64,000 nt of DNA, taken from contig OY761614.1 of assembly GCA_963664825.1 (NCBI GenBank), positions 1,344,001 through 1,408,000 on the forward strand, in the 5' to 3' direction. The stretch comes from an uncultured Holophaga sp. GTDB taxonomy: Bacteria > Acidobacteriota > Holophagae > Holophagales > Holophagaceae. A program made the translations under genes and the position numbers. Under the pieces are notes generated by a model. It saw only the letters and a list, made by a program, of their open reading frames with translations, was not told the DNA's origin and did no database searches. This document shows positions 1 through 9,229 of the stretch, piece by piece; positions within the stretch are counted from its first letter, which is position 1; every line of letters starts with the position of its first letter.

Positions 1-81
1 GGCTTTCTGGGCCAGACGGCTTTGCTTGGGATCATCCCCCAGGATGGCCCTGGCCCAGAGATTGGTATCCACCGCGATCAT
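1..81 (-). CDS. vapC: PIN-domain (VapC-like) toxin, 5' part only; runs off the window edge
   Basis: Manual translation from ATG at 81: MIAVDTNLWARAILGDDPKQSRLAQKA, the xxxDTN N-terminus of PIN toxins; ATGA overlap with the antitoxin stop. Confidence 0.85.
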   Translation of the reverse strand, partial: MIAVDTNLWARAILGDDPKQSRLAQKA

Positions 82-326
82 CGGCGGGCACCGGCCCTCT
101 TGGCGGCCTCCATGTCCTCGAAGCTCATCCGGCGGGCCCCCGGAATGGCCAAATCCCACAGGTCTTCCGCGCGATACTTCACCGGCCCCATGGCGGCCTT
201 GGCCTGCGTCGAATCCATCTCAAAGCGCACCTGGTCACCCTCATGCAAGCCAAGGGCCTCCCGGATGGCCTTGGGAATCGTCAACTGCCCTTTGCTGGTC
301 ATGGTTGCGATGGCGGCATGGAGCAC
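78..326 (-). CDS. AbrB/MazE/SpoVT-family antitoxin
   Basis: ATMTSKGQLTIPKAIREALGLHEGDQVRF AbrB-fold motif; SD AAGGAGGTGA before GTG; directly upstream of PIN toxin. Confidence 0.9.
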   Translation of the reverse strand: MLHAAIATMTSKGQLTIPKAIREALGLHEGDQVRFEMDSTQAKAAMGPVKYRAEDLWDLAIPGARRMSFEDMEAAKRAGARR

Positions 327-513
327 GGTCTCACCTCCTTACCAGAATACGATTTCGTCCTTACTTGTCCACGGACATCTCCGGGAGAACTTGCTCCCAG
401 CCCTTCCGCTAGGCAGGGTGGCCTCCTGGCAAACCAGAAAACGCTGCGTGTTCGCTTTTGGCCTGGGCAAGCCGATAATGCAGGCATTGGACTGTACCAA
501 CGGGAGTGGAATC

Positions 514-1059
514 GTGAGCCTGCCTCCATTGAAGCACCCTGGCTACACCCTGGAGGATTGGCAGTCCTGGGAGGGACGCTGGGAACTCATCAATGGCCAG
601 GCCTTTGATCTGACGCCCGCCCCTTCCACGGAGCACCAGGAGATCTCCTCCAATCTCCATGCCAGGATCTGGAATGCCCTGGTAGCTGCCAAGCGCGGGC
701 CTGGAGGCGGGGATTGCAAGGTCTTCGCGGCTCCCGTGGATGTCTATCTGGAAGCCGGTGTGGTCCAACCCGATCTTCTGGTGGTCTGCGACCCTGCCAA
801 GATCAGTCCTCGCGGCATCGAAGGCGCCCCCGATCTGGTGGTGGAGATCCTGAGCCCGAGCACGGCCGGGAAGGATGTCACCCGGAAATGGTGGCTGTAC
901 GAGGCCGCAGGGGTGCAGGAGTACCTGATCGTCGATCCTGCGGAAAAGGTGGGAAGGCTGCTCCACCTGGTGGCCGGACGCTACGAAGAGGCCGCCCGGG
1001 TGGAATGGGGCACGGTGGTGGCGCTCCTGAGCGGAAGGGTGGAGATCACGCTGGGCTGA
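514..1059 (+). CDS. Uma2-family PD-(D/E)XK endonuclease-like protein, copy 1
   Basis: YTLEDW..WELING, QPDLLVVC, GAPDLVVEILSPST, K..LYEAAGVQEYLIVDP; GTG start at 514 chosen by alignment with the paralogue. Confidence 0.9.
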   Translation: MSLPPLKHPGYTLEDWQSWEGRWELINGQAFDLTPAPSTEHQEISSNLHARIWNALVAAKRGPGGGDCKVFAAPVDVYLEAGVVQPDLLVVCDPAKISPRGIEGAPDLVVEILSPSTAGKDVTRKWWLYEAAGVQEYLIVDPAEKVGRLLHLVAGRYEEAARVEWGTVVALLSGRVEITLG

Positions 1060-1118
1060 GGGATTCCGAGCGCATTCCGCATCCTGGGCCCCTCGGGAAT
1101 AAAGAGGCCAAAAAAGCA

Positions 1119-1271
1119 GAACGCGAAGAGCGCGAAGGAAGCGAAGACCGCGAATGGGACATCTGGAAAAGGGGAACCTGGTTGTCGGCTTGGCTCAGCC
1201 AGAAAAGTTCATCACGGATGAACACGGATCGATTCACGCGGCGGGCAGGCCCGGATTCATCGGCATTCATC
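1119..1271. repeat. Degenerate tandem-heptamer arms (CGCGAAG-AG-CGCGAAG; CACGGAT-GAA-CACGGAT)
   Basis: gaacgcgaagagcgcgaaggaagcgaagaccgcgaa at 1119-1154 and cacggatgaacacggat at 1213-1229; same layout as the arms of the 4449 and 21891 elements. Confidence 0.5.
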
Positions 1272-1322
1272 AATGTTGAAACCCAGGACCGATTCACCGC
1301 CGGGTGGGAAGATGAGCCGCCT

Positions 1323-2399
1323 TCACAGCCCTTCCATCAGTTTCCTCGCCCCGGGGTGTTTGGGATCCAGTTTGAGGGCCTCCCAGGCGGCGGCCTTGGC
1401 TTCCTGTTTCCGCCCCAGGTCCTTGAGGATCTGCCCCTTGCGCCACCAGGCGCCGGGATATCCCGCCGATCCTCCCTCCAGGGGCTCCCGCAGCACCTGG
1501 TCCAGGAAGGCCAGGCCCTCCTCCCGGTGCAGGCCCGAACGGGCGGCCAGCTTGCCGAGCTGGAAGCGCACGAGACTGGGGGCATCGGCCTGGCCGAGGG
1601 CCTCCCGGGCGATTCTCCAGGCCTCTTCCGCCTGACCGGCGTCCAGCAGGGCGTCGCAGATGGCCTCCAGGGCCCGGGCGCGTTTTTTCACGGGAGGCAG
1701 CAGGCGCCGGGCCTCCGCGGCCAGGCGACGCTTCTGCTCCCGATCCCCCAGCTGCTTACGCGTCTCCCGGCTGCCCAGGGCATCCAGGTATCCGTAGACC
1801 ACCTCGGGATCCCAGGGGGCCAGGACCAGGGCTCGGCCGAAGAAGGGCTCCGCCTCCTTCCAGCGCCCCTCCATGGAGAGCACCATCCCCTGGAGGAGAT
1901 CCCCCCGGGGGGGGCTGACCCTGCGCAGGCTGGCGGCGCAATCCAGGGCCTTCCGGGTGGAACCGCCCAGGAGGCCCGGGAGCTGCTCATAGGCCAGTCC
2001 CAGGCTCATCCAGGCCGTGACCAGGCGCGGGTCGGCCTGGGTGGCCTCCTCCAGATCATCCAAGGCGCCCGAGGCATTGCGAAGGCTCGAGAAATTCCGC
2101 TGCTGCACGGCGGTACCCGCCCGGGCGAGCCCTCGGGCCAGGATGGCATCGGCCAATCCCCCTTGAAGGGACAGGGCCTTCTCGGCAGCCCCCAGGCCTT
2201 CCCCGAAGCGCTGGAGGGAACTCAGGGCCTGGGACTTGGCCGCCCAGGCCAGGGAGTTGCGGGGATTGGCCTGGATCTGGGCCTCCGCTTCCCCCAGGGC
2301 TTTGAGGTAGCGCCCGGCCTCCAGATCCGGCCTGGGATCGTAAGCAGCGGCCACCAGGGCCGTCGCGGCAAAGAGAGGAATGAAGCGGCGAAAATACAT
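1323..2399 (-). CDS. Exported tetratricopeptide-repeat protein
   Basis: Signal-peptide-like start MYFRRFIPLFAATALVAAA; several TPR-like units (AWAAKSQAL, AWMSLGLAY, AWWRKGQIL...ALKLDPKH). Confidence 0.8.
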   Translation of the reverse strand: MYFRRFIPLFAATALVAAAYDPRPDLEAGRYLKALGEAEAQIQANPRNSLAWAAKSQALSSLQRFGEGLGAAEKALSLQGGLADAILARGLARAGTAVQQRNFSSLRNASGALDDLEEATQADPRLVTAWMSLGLAYEQLPGLLGGSTRKALDCAASLRRVSPPRGDLLQGMVLSMEGRWKEAEPFFGRALVLAPWDPEVVYGYLDALGSRETRKQLGDREQKRRLAAEARRLLPPVKKRARALEAICDALLDAGQAEEAWRIAREALGQADAPSLVRFQLGKLAARSGLHREEGLAFLDQVLREPLEGGSAGYPGAWWRKGQILKDLGRKQEAKAAAWEALKLDPKHPGARKLMEGL

Positions 2400-2409
2400 G
2401 GACAACCCT

Positions 2410-2955
2410 TTAACCCAGCTTGATTTCCAGGCTCCCCTCCAATAGCCGGAGGGTGCCCTCCCATTCCACCCGGGAGACCGTCTGGTAGATGCCGTTGCCC
2501 CCCAGCAGGAGGAGCTCCGCTCGGCGTTCCTCGGGATAGACGATCAGGTACTCCGGCACACCGGCGGCCTCGTAGCACCAACGCTTGGTGGTGAGATCCT
2601 TCTGCCCGGTGCTGGGGCTGAGGATCTCCACCACCAGATCCGGGGCGCCCTCGATGCCGCGCTCGGAAATCTTGGCGGGATCGCAGACCACGAGCAGATC
2701 GGGAACCACGACGCCCGTACCCAGGAACGCATCCGTGGGGGCGCTGAAGAGCCGACAGCTGCCGCCCCCCTTGCGCTTGGCTTCCAGGAGCGCGCTGCCG
2801 ATGGCCACGTGAAGGTCCGAAGAAATACTCTGATGCGCGATATTCGGGGAGGGCGTCATGTCATAGGCCACACCCTCGATCAGCTCCCAGCGCCCCTCCC
2901 AGGACTTCCAGTCCTCGAGGGTATAGCCAGGATGCTTGAGTTCAGGGAGGGGCAT
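2410..2955 (-). CDS. Uma2-family PD-(D/E)XK endonuclease-like protein, copy 2
   Basis: Same motifs as 514..1059; shared block PDLLVVCDPAKISxRGIEGAPDLVVEILSPST; both 181 aa. Confidence 0.9.
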   Translation of the reverse strand: MPLPELKHPGYTLEDWKSWEGRWELIEGVAYDMTPSPNIAHQSISSDLHVAIGSALLEAKRKGGGSCRLFSAPTDAFLGTGVVVPDLLVVCDPAKISERGIEGAPDLVVEILSPSTGQKDLTTKRWCYEAAGVPEYLIVYPEERRAELLLLGGNGIYQTVSRVEWEGTLRLLEGSLEIKLG

Positions 2956-3073
2956 GGAGGTTCTCCAGGAGCGCTTCGTATTTTCGCATGCAAATGAACG
3001 GATTCACCACGGAGGCGGAGAAAACAGATGGAGCAACTCGTGGCCACCCATGTCCTCGGGTGCATCTCCCCTT

Positions 3074-3787
3074 TCATGCCTCCTGCCCGGCATTTTTGGG
3101 TATCGAAAGGGCCGCCAGCATGAGCACCACGGCAAGGGAGGCCCAGCCCAGGGCCGTGCCATCCGTGGAGAGGCGGGGCAACTCCTCGTGAAGGAGCAAG
3201 CCCAGGGAATCGTACTGGGGACCCGGTCCCAGGCCCAGGAGCCGGAGGGTGGACTCGCCCCAGAGGGCTCCCAGCCAGACTGTGGGAAATAGGCAGGCCG
3301 CCTGCTCCCCCACCCAGGGAGCCCAGACCCTGGCGCGGTGTAGGCGGCTGCCCCCCAACACCCGGTTCATGGCCCAGGCCGGCCCCCGGCGGAAGGGATC
3401 CAGCCGAGCCCGAAGGGGAGCTTCCAGTTGCAGGGCGAGGAGAAGGCCGAGCACCAGGCCCAGGGCCATCCAGCCCAGACCGCCCCAGGCAGCGGCCAGG
3501 GGCAGCAGGAAGAGCAGGGGCGGTATGGCCCTCAGGGCGGAACGGGCCCCCTTGAACCGCTCCGCGCCCAGGGCCGCCAAGGCGGCCAGGAGGAGGGCCA
3601 GGAGGGCTACAGCGGTCGCAAAACCCAGGCTGCGGGCCCCGCCCTGGAGGAGCCGCAGGCACCCGTCCCGGCCCAGGGCGTCCGTGCCCAGCGGATGGCC
3701 CCAAGAAACACCCAGATCCCCTCGGAAGGGATCCAAGGGCAACTCCGGCCAGAGGAGGGCCAGGAGAAAGACCAGGCGGACCTTCAT
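3074..3787 (-). CDS. OppC/DppC-like ABC permease, divergent
   Basis: HPLGTDALGRD motif, ESTLRLLGLG (ExxLSFLGLG-like), hydrophobic segments; ATGA overlap with upstream gene. Confidence 0.8.
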   Translation of the reverse strand: MKVRLVFLLALLWPELPLDPFRGDLGVSWGHPLGTDALGRDGCLRLLQGGARSLGFATAVALLALLLAALAALGAERFKGARSALRAIPPLLFLLPLAAAWGGLGWMALGLVLGLLLALQLEAPLRARLDPFRRGPAWAMNRVLGGSRLHRARVWAPWVGEQAACLFPTVWLGALWGESTLRLLGLGPGPQYDSLGLLLHEELPRLSTDGTALGWASLAVVLMLAALSIPKNAGQEA

Positions 3788-4434
3788 GCCTCAGCCTCCG
3801 TCCGTTGAGCCAGTGTCCAGAGCGTGGCGTAGACCAGGATCCAGACCCCCAGGCCCCACCGGTCCTGGGCCGCCACCCGCCCCATCCAGTCCGAACCCAG
3901 GCCACGGATGGCCAGGATGCGCTCCAGCACGAGGGTCGCGGTCATCCAGAGAGGCAACCTCGCCGCGATCCAGCGGGGCAAGAGGCTCCGCAGCGAGAGC
4001 CCCCTGGAAAGCCACAGCGCCCGGTGCCCCCAAGCCGCCGGGAAGGGGTGCTCCGGAGGCAGGGCCTGGGCCAGCCAGCGCAGTTCGGTGGGAAGGGCCG
4101 CCAGCAGGAAGGCCAGCGCCCAGGCCCCCTTTCCGGGAGGGCCCCAGGCCGAGGGCCAGACCCCAAGCGCCAGCCCGCCCCAGAGCAGTTCCGGCGGAGC
4201 CTCCCAGAGGGCCAGCGCCCGGCTGCGCGCAGCCGAGGGTCCCAGGAGCCAGGCGAGGCCCAGGGCCGAGACCACCAGCGCCCCCAGCAGCAGAGCGCTC
4301 ATGGGCAGGATCTCGAAGGGGAATTCCGGGGCCCGAGCCCCTCGCCAGGGAACGCCGGGCAGAGCGAAGGCCGCGCCCAGGGCCAGGATCCAGAAGGCCC
4401 AGCCCTGGGCGAGAAATTCGGCCTTCCGAACCAC
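3784..4434 (-). CDS. OppB/DppB-like ABC permease, short and divergent (start GTG 4434 or ATG 4578)
   Basis: C-terminal LVLERILAIRGLG...AAQDR resembles OppB VETIFxxPGLG...RD; lies between SBP and OppC-like genes. Confidence 0.65.
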   Translation of the reverse strand: MVRKAEFLAQGWAFWILALGAAFALPGVPWRGARAPEFPFEILPMSALLLGALVVSALGLAWLLGPSAARSRALALWEAPPELLWGGLALGVWPSAWGPPGKGAWALAFLLAALPTELRWLAQALPPEHPFPAAWGHRALWLSRGLSLRSLLPRWIAARLPLWMTATLVLERILAIRGLGSDWMGRVAAQDRWGLGVWILVYATLWTLAQRTEAEA

Positions 4435-4448
4435 ACCACTGAAAAACG

Positions 4449-4561
4449 GAACCACAGAGCGCGCAGAGCATGACAGAGGGCGCAGAGGAAAATACGAAGG
4501 GAAGCTGCGCTTATCTTTCCTCTGTGCCCTCTCTTGTAATTCTCTGCGCCCTCTGCGGTTC
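4449..4561. repeat. ~113 bp palindromic element (REP/MITE-like)
   Basis: Outer IR gaaccacagagcgcgcagag / ctctgcgccctctgcggttc (18 of 20 paired); inner IR agagggcgcagaggaaa / tttcctctgtgccctct. Confidence 0.8.
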
Positions 4562-4587
4562 ATTCTTTTGTCCCCCATCGCCCGGAT

Positions 4588-5943
4588 TCAGGGCTTCCAG
4601 CTCCAGCCCGCCGCTCCCGGCGTGGATAGGTAGAGCCCCAGGGCGCTGGGCGCCACCTCCAGGCGGCGGTCCACCCAGACGCCGCCCATGAAATCCAACA
4701 GCGGCAAGGAGGTGGGCTGCTCGGCCCAGAGGGCCTGGAGTTCCTCCCAGGGCCACCCCTTGGCCTCCGTGAGCCTGGGCAGGAGGCCCGCCAGCTTGGG
4801 GTGGCGCCATCCCGAAAAGTTCATGCCCCCCTTTTCCGTGAGCAGATCCAGCACGGACCAGGGGTGGGGCGCGAAGACATTCACCGCGCAGGCCACCTGG
4901 AAGTCCCCCTTGCTGAGCCGCTGGAAGAGCAGGGCCGCTTCCACCGGCCGGGGCTCCAGGAGGACCCCCTCCCGCTTGGCCCGCTCCCGCAGGGCCAGCA
5001 TGTACTTCCCCACCAGTTCATCCCCGGCCGTGTAGAGGATCTCCCAGCGCGTCCCCCGGGGCGGCACCCCCTGGCCCACCATGGAACGGACCGGGAATCC
5101 CAGGCTCTCGGGGAAGAGCCCCCGACTGGGCCGGGCCTGCCCCCCGAAGATCCCCTCGGGGATGGCCTCGCCGCGCCAGCGCTCCAGACAGGCCAAGGGC
5201 ACGGGCCCCACCCGGCTCCAGACCAGGAGCTGGGCATGGAGGGGCTGGTGGATCTCCCTGTGGCTGGCCGGAGGCTTTAAACCCCTCCGTGGCGGCGGCA
5301 CGCCGATGGTGAGCCAGCCCTTCTGGAGGTTCTGGAGCAGGGCCTGCTCATCGGGGATGAGGCGGAAGCGCAGCCCGGCAATGCGGGGATGGAGGAAGTG
5401 GGGCCTGGCCGTGAGTCGCCATTCGCCTGCCTGCGTCTTCAGCGAGAAGGGCCCGCACCCTTCGCCAGGGTGCCCGGCCTTGGCGATAGGCACCAGGGTC
5501 AGCTCGTAGAGCAGGCGCTCCGGGGCGCGATCCCCCTTCAGTTCGAGCACACCCTGGCTCAGGCTGGCTCGGACCCCCTCCAGGATGCCGCGTTTGGTGG
5601 GGCTGGCCTGGGGATCCCGCTGAAGAGCCTGGAGGGTCCAAAGGGCGTCCTCGGCCCGCACCGGGCTGCCATCCCCGAAACGGGCATCCCGGCGCAGGTA
5701 GAAGCGGAGCGCCCCGGCCTTCACCTCCCAGCGCTCAGCCAGCCGGGGCTGCAGGTGCCCTCGCGCATCCAGGCCCACCAGGGCATCCCCCGCGAGGGAC
5801 TGGAGGATGGCCTGTTCGAAGCCTTCTCCCCGGACGAAATCCAGGGGGCCCGGATCCCGGGCGAAGGATTCCTGCACCACCTGGGCGGCCAGACTCAGGC
5901 AGGCCAGTGCGGATCCCAGGGCAAGAGCGGCGAGAGGCTTCAT
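4588..5943 (-). CDS. Family 5 (OppA/DppA-like) ABC substrate-binding protein
   Basis: Signal peptide; LQPRLAERWEV...FYLRRDARFGDGSPVRAEDA SBP_bac_5 signature; NFSGW motif. Confidence 0.85.
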   Translation of the reverse strand: MKPLAALALGSALACLSLAAQVVQESFARDPGPLDFVRGEGFEQAILQSLAGDALVGLDARGHLQPRLAERWEVKAGALRFYLRRDARFGDGSPVRAEDALWTLQALQRDPQASPTKRGILEGVRASLSQGVLELKGDRAPERLLYELTLVPIAKAGHPGEGCGPFSLKTQAGEWRLTARPHFLHPRIAGLRFRLIPDEQALLQNLQKGWLTIGVPPPRRGLKPPASHREIHQPLHAQLLVWSRVGPVPLACLERWRGEAIPEGIFGGQARPSRGLFPESLGFPVRSMVGQGVPPRGTRWEILYTAGDELVGKYMLALRERAKREGVLLEPRPVEAALLFQRLSKGDFQVACAVNVFAPHPWSVLDLLTEKGGMNFSGWRHPKLAGLLPRLTEAKGWPWEELQALWAEQPTSLPLLDFMGGVWVDRRLEVAPSALGLYLSTPGAAGWSWKP

Positions 5944-6035
5944 GGCATCCCCCGATGGGACAGTGGTGCCTCAAGGGTGGGCGATCGGGACCCCTCCGCC
6001 ATGGGACTTTCGCGCTAGGCTTGCCGGGGGGGCGC

Positions 6036-7802
6036 ATGACCGAGACCCGATCACGTTTTTTCTGGTGGTGGAAGCTGTTGGCGCCCCATCGGGGAACTCT
6101 CATGGCGGGTCTGGGGGCGACGGTGCTCTGCAGCGTCTCCGCGGCCTGGGTGCCCTACTGGAGCGGCCGGGCCGTCCACGCCCTGGAGCTGACCCAGTAC
6201 GCCAGGTCCCGCAGGCTCCTCCTGGTCATGCTCGCCTTCACGCTGGCGGCGGGTCTGGGCCGCTACCTCATGCGCAACACCCTCATCGGCCTCAGCCGGA
6301 ACATCGAGAAGGAACAGCGGGAGGGGCTCTATGCCTTCCTCCTCTCCAGATCTTTCGCCTTCTTCGAACGCCAGCGGATCGGGGACCTCATGAGCCGCAT
6401 CGGGGATGACGTGGGCTCGGTGCGCATGGCCACCGGCCCCGGACTCATGAGCTTCCTCCAGGCCTTCAGCCTGCTGCCCGTCACCCTGGGCCTCATGTTC
6501 CACGATAGCCCCAGGCTCACCTTCGCCGTCATGGCCCCCTTCGTCCTGCTGGGAGCGAGCTTTTACGGCATCGGCAAGGCCAGTCATCGCGTCCAGCAGA
6601 GGCTCCAGCTGGTGACGTCGGATCTCAACACCTTCAGCCACGAGACCATCTCCGGCGAAAAGGTCGTCCAGGCCTTCGGCCTCGAGGAGCGGCGCATCGA
6701 GGGTTTCCTGGCCCTGAGCCGGAAGCAGGCCAGGCTCAGCATCCAGCAATCGGCCATCTTCAGCGCCTACGGCCCCCTCTCCATGCTCATGGGCGGACTG
6801 GCGGCCCTGGTCCTGGTCTCCTTCGGCGGCGCCCTGGTCCTTCGCCACTCCTTGAGCCTGGGGGATCTGACGGCCTTCACCGGATACCTCGCGGCACTCA
6901 TCTGGCCTGTGATGTCCCTGGGCTGGGCCGCCAATCTCTTCCAGCGGGCCCGGGCGGGACAAGAGCGCATCGATCAGGTGCTGGCCAGCCCCGAGGCGGC
7001 CCTGCCGGAGCCCGGCCTTCCCTTGGCCGCAGAGCACACGTCCGGTCAACCCGTGGGCCTATGCCTGGAAAACCTCAGCCACCGCTTCGAGAGCGGCCGG
7101 GGCCTGGGGCCCTTGAGCCTGAGTGTGCCCTCCGGAGGCAGCCTGGCCATCCTGGGAAGCATCGGCGCGGGCAAGACGATCCTCCTCCAGATCCTGGCGG
7201 GACTGCGGGAGGCCCATTCCGGCACACTGGAGGCGGACGGCCTGCCCCTAGCGCACGAGGGGCTCCGCCGACACTGGGCGGATCTGGGCTGGGTGCCCCA
7301 GGAGGCCTTCCTCTTCTCCACGACCCTGCGCGAAAACCTGGCCATGGGGAGGCCCCAGGCCACCGAGGCAGAAATCTGGGAAGTGGCCCGCACCGTCTGC
7401 CTGGACGATCTCATCCGGCGGCTCCCGGGTGGCCTGGATACGGTCGTCGGCGAGCGGGGCGTCGCCCTCTCCGGGGGGGAGCGCCAGCGCGCCGCCTTGG
7501 CCCGCGCCCTCCTGCGCCATCCCCGGCTGATGCTGCTGGATGACGCGCTATCAGCCGTGGATTCTGAAACGGAAAGCCGCATCCTGGAGAACCTGAAGGC
7601 ATTCCTTGGACACAGCACACTGGTCCTCGCCACCCATCGTGTCTTCGTCGCCGAACTCTGCGACCAGGCCCTGGTCCTGGAGGAAGGCCTGCAGGTCCAA
7701 TACGGAAGCCCGACTGCGCTGGCCGCCCAGGAGGGCACCTTCGCCCGGCTCAAGCGGCTTCAGAGCCTGGAGAAGGAACTGGCCAGGGACCTGGCGAACT
7801 GA
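6036..7802 (+). CDS. ABC exporter, fused TMD-NBD (MdlA-like)
   Basis: GDLMSR TMD motif, Walker A GSIGAGKT, LSGGERQ signature, Walker B LMLLDDALSAVD. Confidence 0.92.
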   Translation: MTETRSRFFWWWKLLAPHRGTLMAGLGATVLCSVSAAWVPYWSGRAVHALELTQYARSRRLLLVMLAFTLAAGLGRYLMRNTLIGLSRNIEKEQREGLYAFLLSRSFAFFERQRIGDLMSRIGDDVGSVRMATGPGLMSFLQAFSLLPVTLGLMFHDSPRLTFAVMAPFVLLGASFYGIGKASHRVQQRLQLVTSDLNTFSHETISGEKVVQAFGLEERRIEGFLALSRKQARLSIQQSAIFSAYGPLSMLMGGLAALVLVSFGGALVLRHSLSLGDLTAFTGYLAALIWPVMSLGWAANLFQRARAGQERIDQVLASPEAALPEPGLPLAAEHTSGQPVGLCLENLSHRFESGRGLGPLSLSVPSGGSLAILGSIGAGKTILLQILAGLREAHSGTLEADGLPLAHEGLRRHWADLGWVPQEAFLFSTTLRENLAMGRPQATEAEIWEVARTVCLDDLIRRLPGGLDTVVGERGVALSGGERQRAALARALLRHPRLMLLDDALSAVDSETESRILENLKAFLGHSTLVLATHRVFVAELCDQALVLEEGLQVQYGSPTALAAQEGTFARLKRLQSLEKELARDLAN

Positions 7803-7897
7803 ACCAATTGGGGCCACCCGCGCCGATTCCGGGGCAGACCGAGGCGCTTTCCCCTTTCCCGGATGGCATGCTTCATCCAGGTCTCCCTGGACGTTCC

Positions 7898-9229
7898 ATG
7901 CGCACCCTGATCCTCGCCTGCCTCCTCTTCCACTCGGCCTTCGGACAGTCCCCGCTGCCCCGAGGTGAAGTGGTCCCCCGTGTGGCCTGCCGGGCCGAGC
8001 CGAACTTCAGCTATGCCCTCTATGTGCCAAGCGGGTACCGGGAGGACCACACGTGGCCCGTGCTCTTCGGGTTCTCCCCCGGGGGCTCCGGGGAAGAACC
8101 CGTGCGCCTCTTCCAGAAGGCCGCCGAGCGCTTCGGATGGATCGTCGCAGGTTCCAACGATGCCCGCAACGGCCCCCTGCGCCCGGCCCTGGAGGCCTCG
8201 GAGGCCCTGTGGAAGGATGTCCAGTCCCGTTTCAAGGTGGATCCCAGGCGGAGCTGCGCCGTGGGTTTCTCGGGAGGGGCCCGCATGGCACTCCGTCTGG
8301 CCCTGAGGCACCCCAAGAGCTTTGCGGGCGTCATATCCTTCGGCGCCTTCGGCACAGGCGATGGCCTGCTCACCGGACTGGGGCACCTTCACTTCTTCCT
8401 TGCCTGCGGACAGGAGGACTTCAACCACTGGGAGCTCCTGGAGGGACGCGAGGAGCTGCTCTCCAGGAAGTGGAAGGCCATGGCGGATCGTTTCGAGGGG
8501 GGGCACCAGTGGCCTCCGGAAGAGATGGCGGCCACCGCCCTGGCCTTCGTCCAGCTGGGAGCGAACCGGGAGGGCCTTTCCCCTGCGGATCCGGCGCTGG
8601 AATCCGAATTCCGCCAAGGGCTGCTGAAAGCCGCGAGGAAATCCGGAGAGACCCTGCTGGGACTGCGCCGCTGGCAGGAACTGGCCCGGATCTTCCCGGA
8701 TGCCCCGGAGGGGCGCGCGGCCCTGCTGGCCGGGGCAGCCGTGGCGGAAGAACTGAGACTGGAGCGGCACTATGGGCAAGCCTCCCGGGAATTGTCCGGG
8801 ATGCCTCGGGACAGGCAGTACCTGGCGGAACTGAAGCACTACATCGGCCTCCTAAAGAAGGCTGCCCCCCCGGAGAAACTCATGCTCCGGCGGCTCCTGG
8901 GAGGCCCGATCCTCGAATACCAGATCGCCCTGGGCGAGGCCCTGGAGAAGAAATCCTGGGAGCGCCTCCTGGCCCTCAGCACGAGCCTTGCGGCCCTGGA
9001 CGAGCGGGTGGGCTGGCCCTCCATCTATGCTGCGGCCGCCCTCGTCCAGCTGGGCAGGCCCGACGAGGCCCTTCCCCACCTGAAGGCTGCCCGGGACCGG
9101 GGCTACCGGAAATCAGAGCGCATCCGGGAGCTGCCGGAGCTGAGGCCGCTCCACGGGCGGGAGGATTTCGAGGCCCTCCTCAGGGAAATGAAGGGGGAGC
9201 CGCCCCGGGAGTTCAGGCCCCTTCCCTGA
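7898..9229 (+). CDS. Exported alpha/beta hydrolase with C-terminal TPR-like region
   Basis: Signal peptide; YALYVP, GFSGG nucleophile elbow, G-x-E-D and GGH triad candidates; helical C-terminus. Confidence 0.75.
   Translation: MRTLILACLLFHSAFGQSPLPRGEVVPRVACRAEPNFSYALYVPSGYREDHTWPVLFGFSPGGSGEEPVRLFQKAAERFGWIVAGSNDARNGPLRPALEASEALWKDVQSRFKVDPRRSCAVGFSGGARMALRLALRHPKSFAGVISFGAFGTGDGLLTGLGHLHFFLACGQEDFNHWELLEGREELLSRKWKAMADRFEGGHQWPPEEMAATALAFVQLGANREGLSPADPALESEFRQGLLKAARKSGETLLGLRRWQELARIFPDAPEGRAALLAGAAVAEELRLERHYGQASRELSGMPRDRQYLAELKHYIGLLKKAAPPEKLMLRRLLGGPILEYQIALGEALEKKSWERLLALSTSLAALDERVGWPSIYAAAALVQLGRPDEALPHLKAARDRGYRKSERIRELPELRPLHGREDFEALLREMKGEPPREFRPLP

Noticed and set aside
22..513. 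N-terminal extension of Uma2 copy 1 in the ORF track
   Set aside because: Overlaps vapBC on the other strand; the paralogue supports a start at 514.
714..2423. 569 aa plus-strand ORF
   Set aside because: Shadow of the Uma2 and TPR genes; no recognisable motifs; long off-frame ORFs are common at high GC.
1..3073. Prophage, integron or defence island
   Set aside because: No integrase, att site, attC-type cassette structure or recognised defence gene in view; sequence left of the window is unknown.
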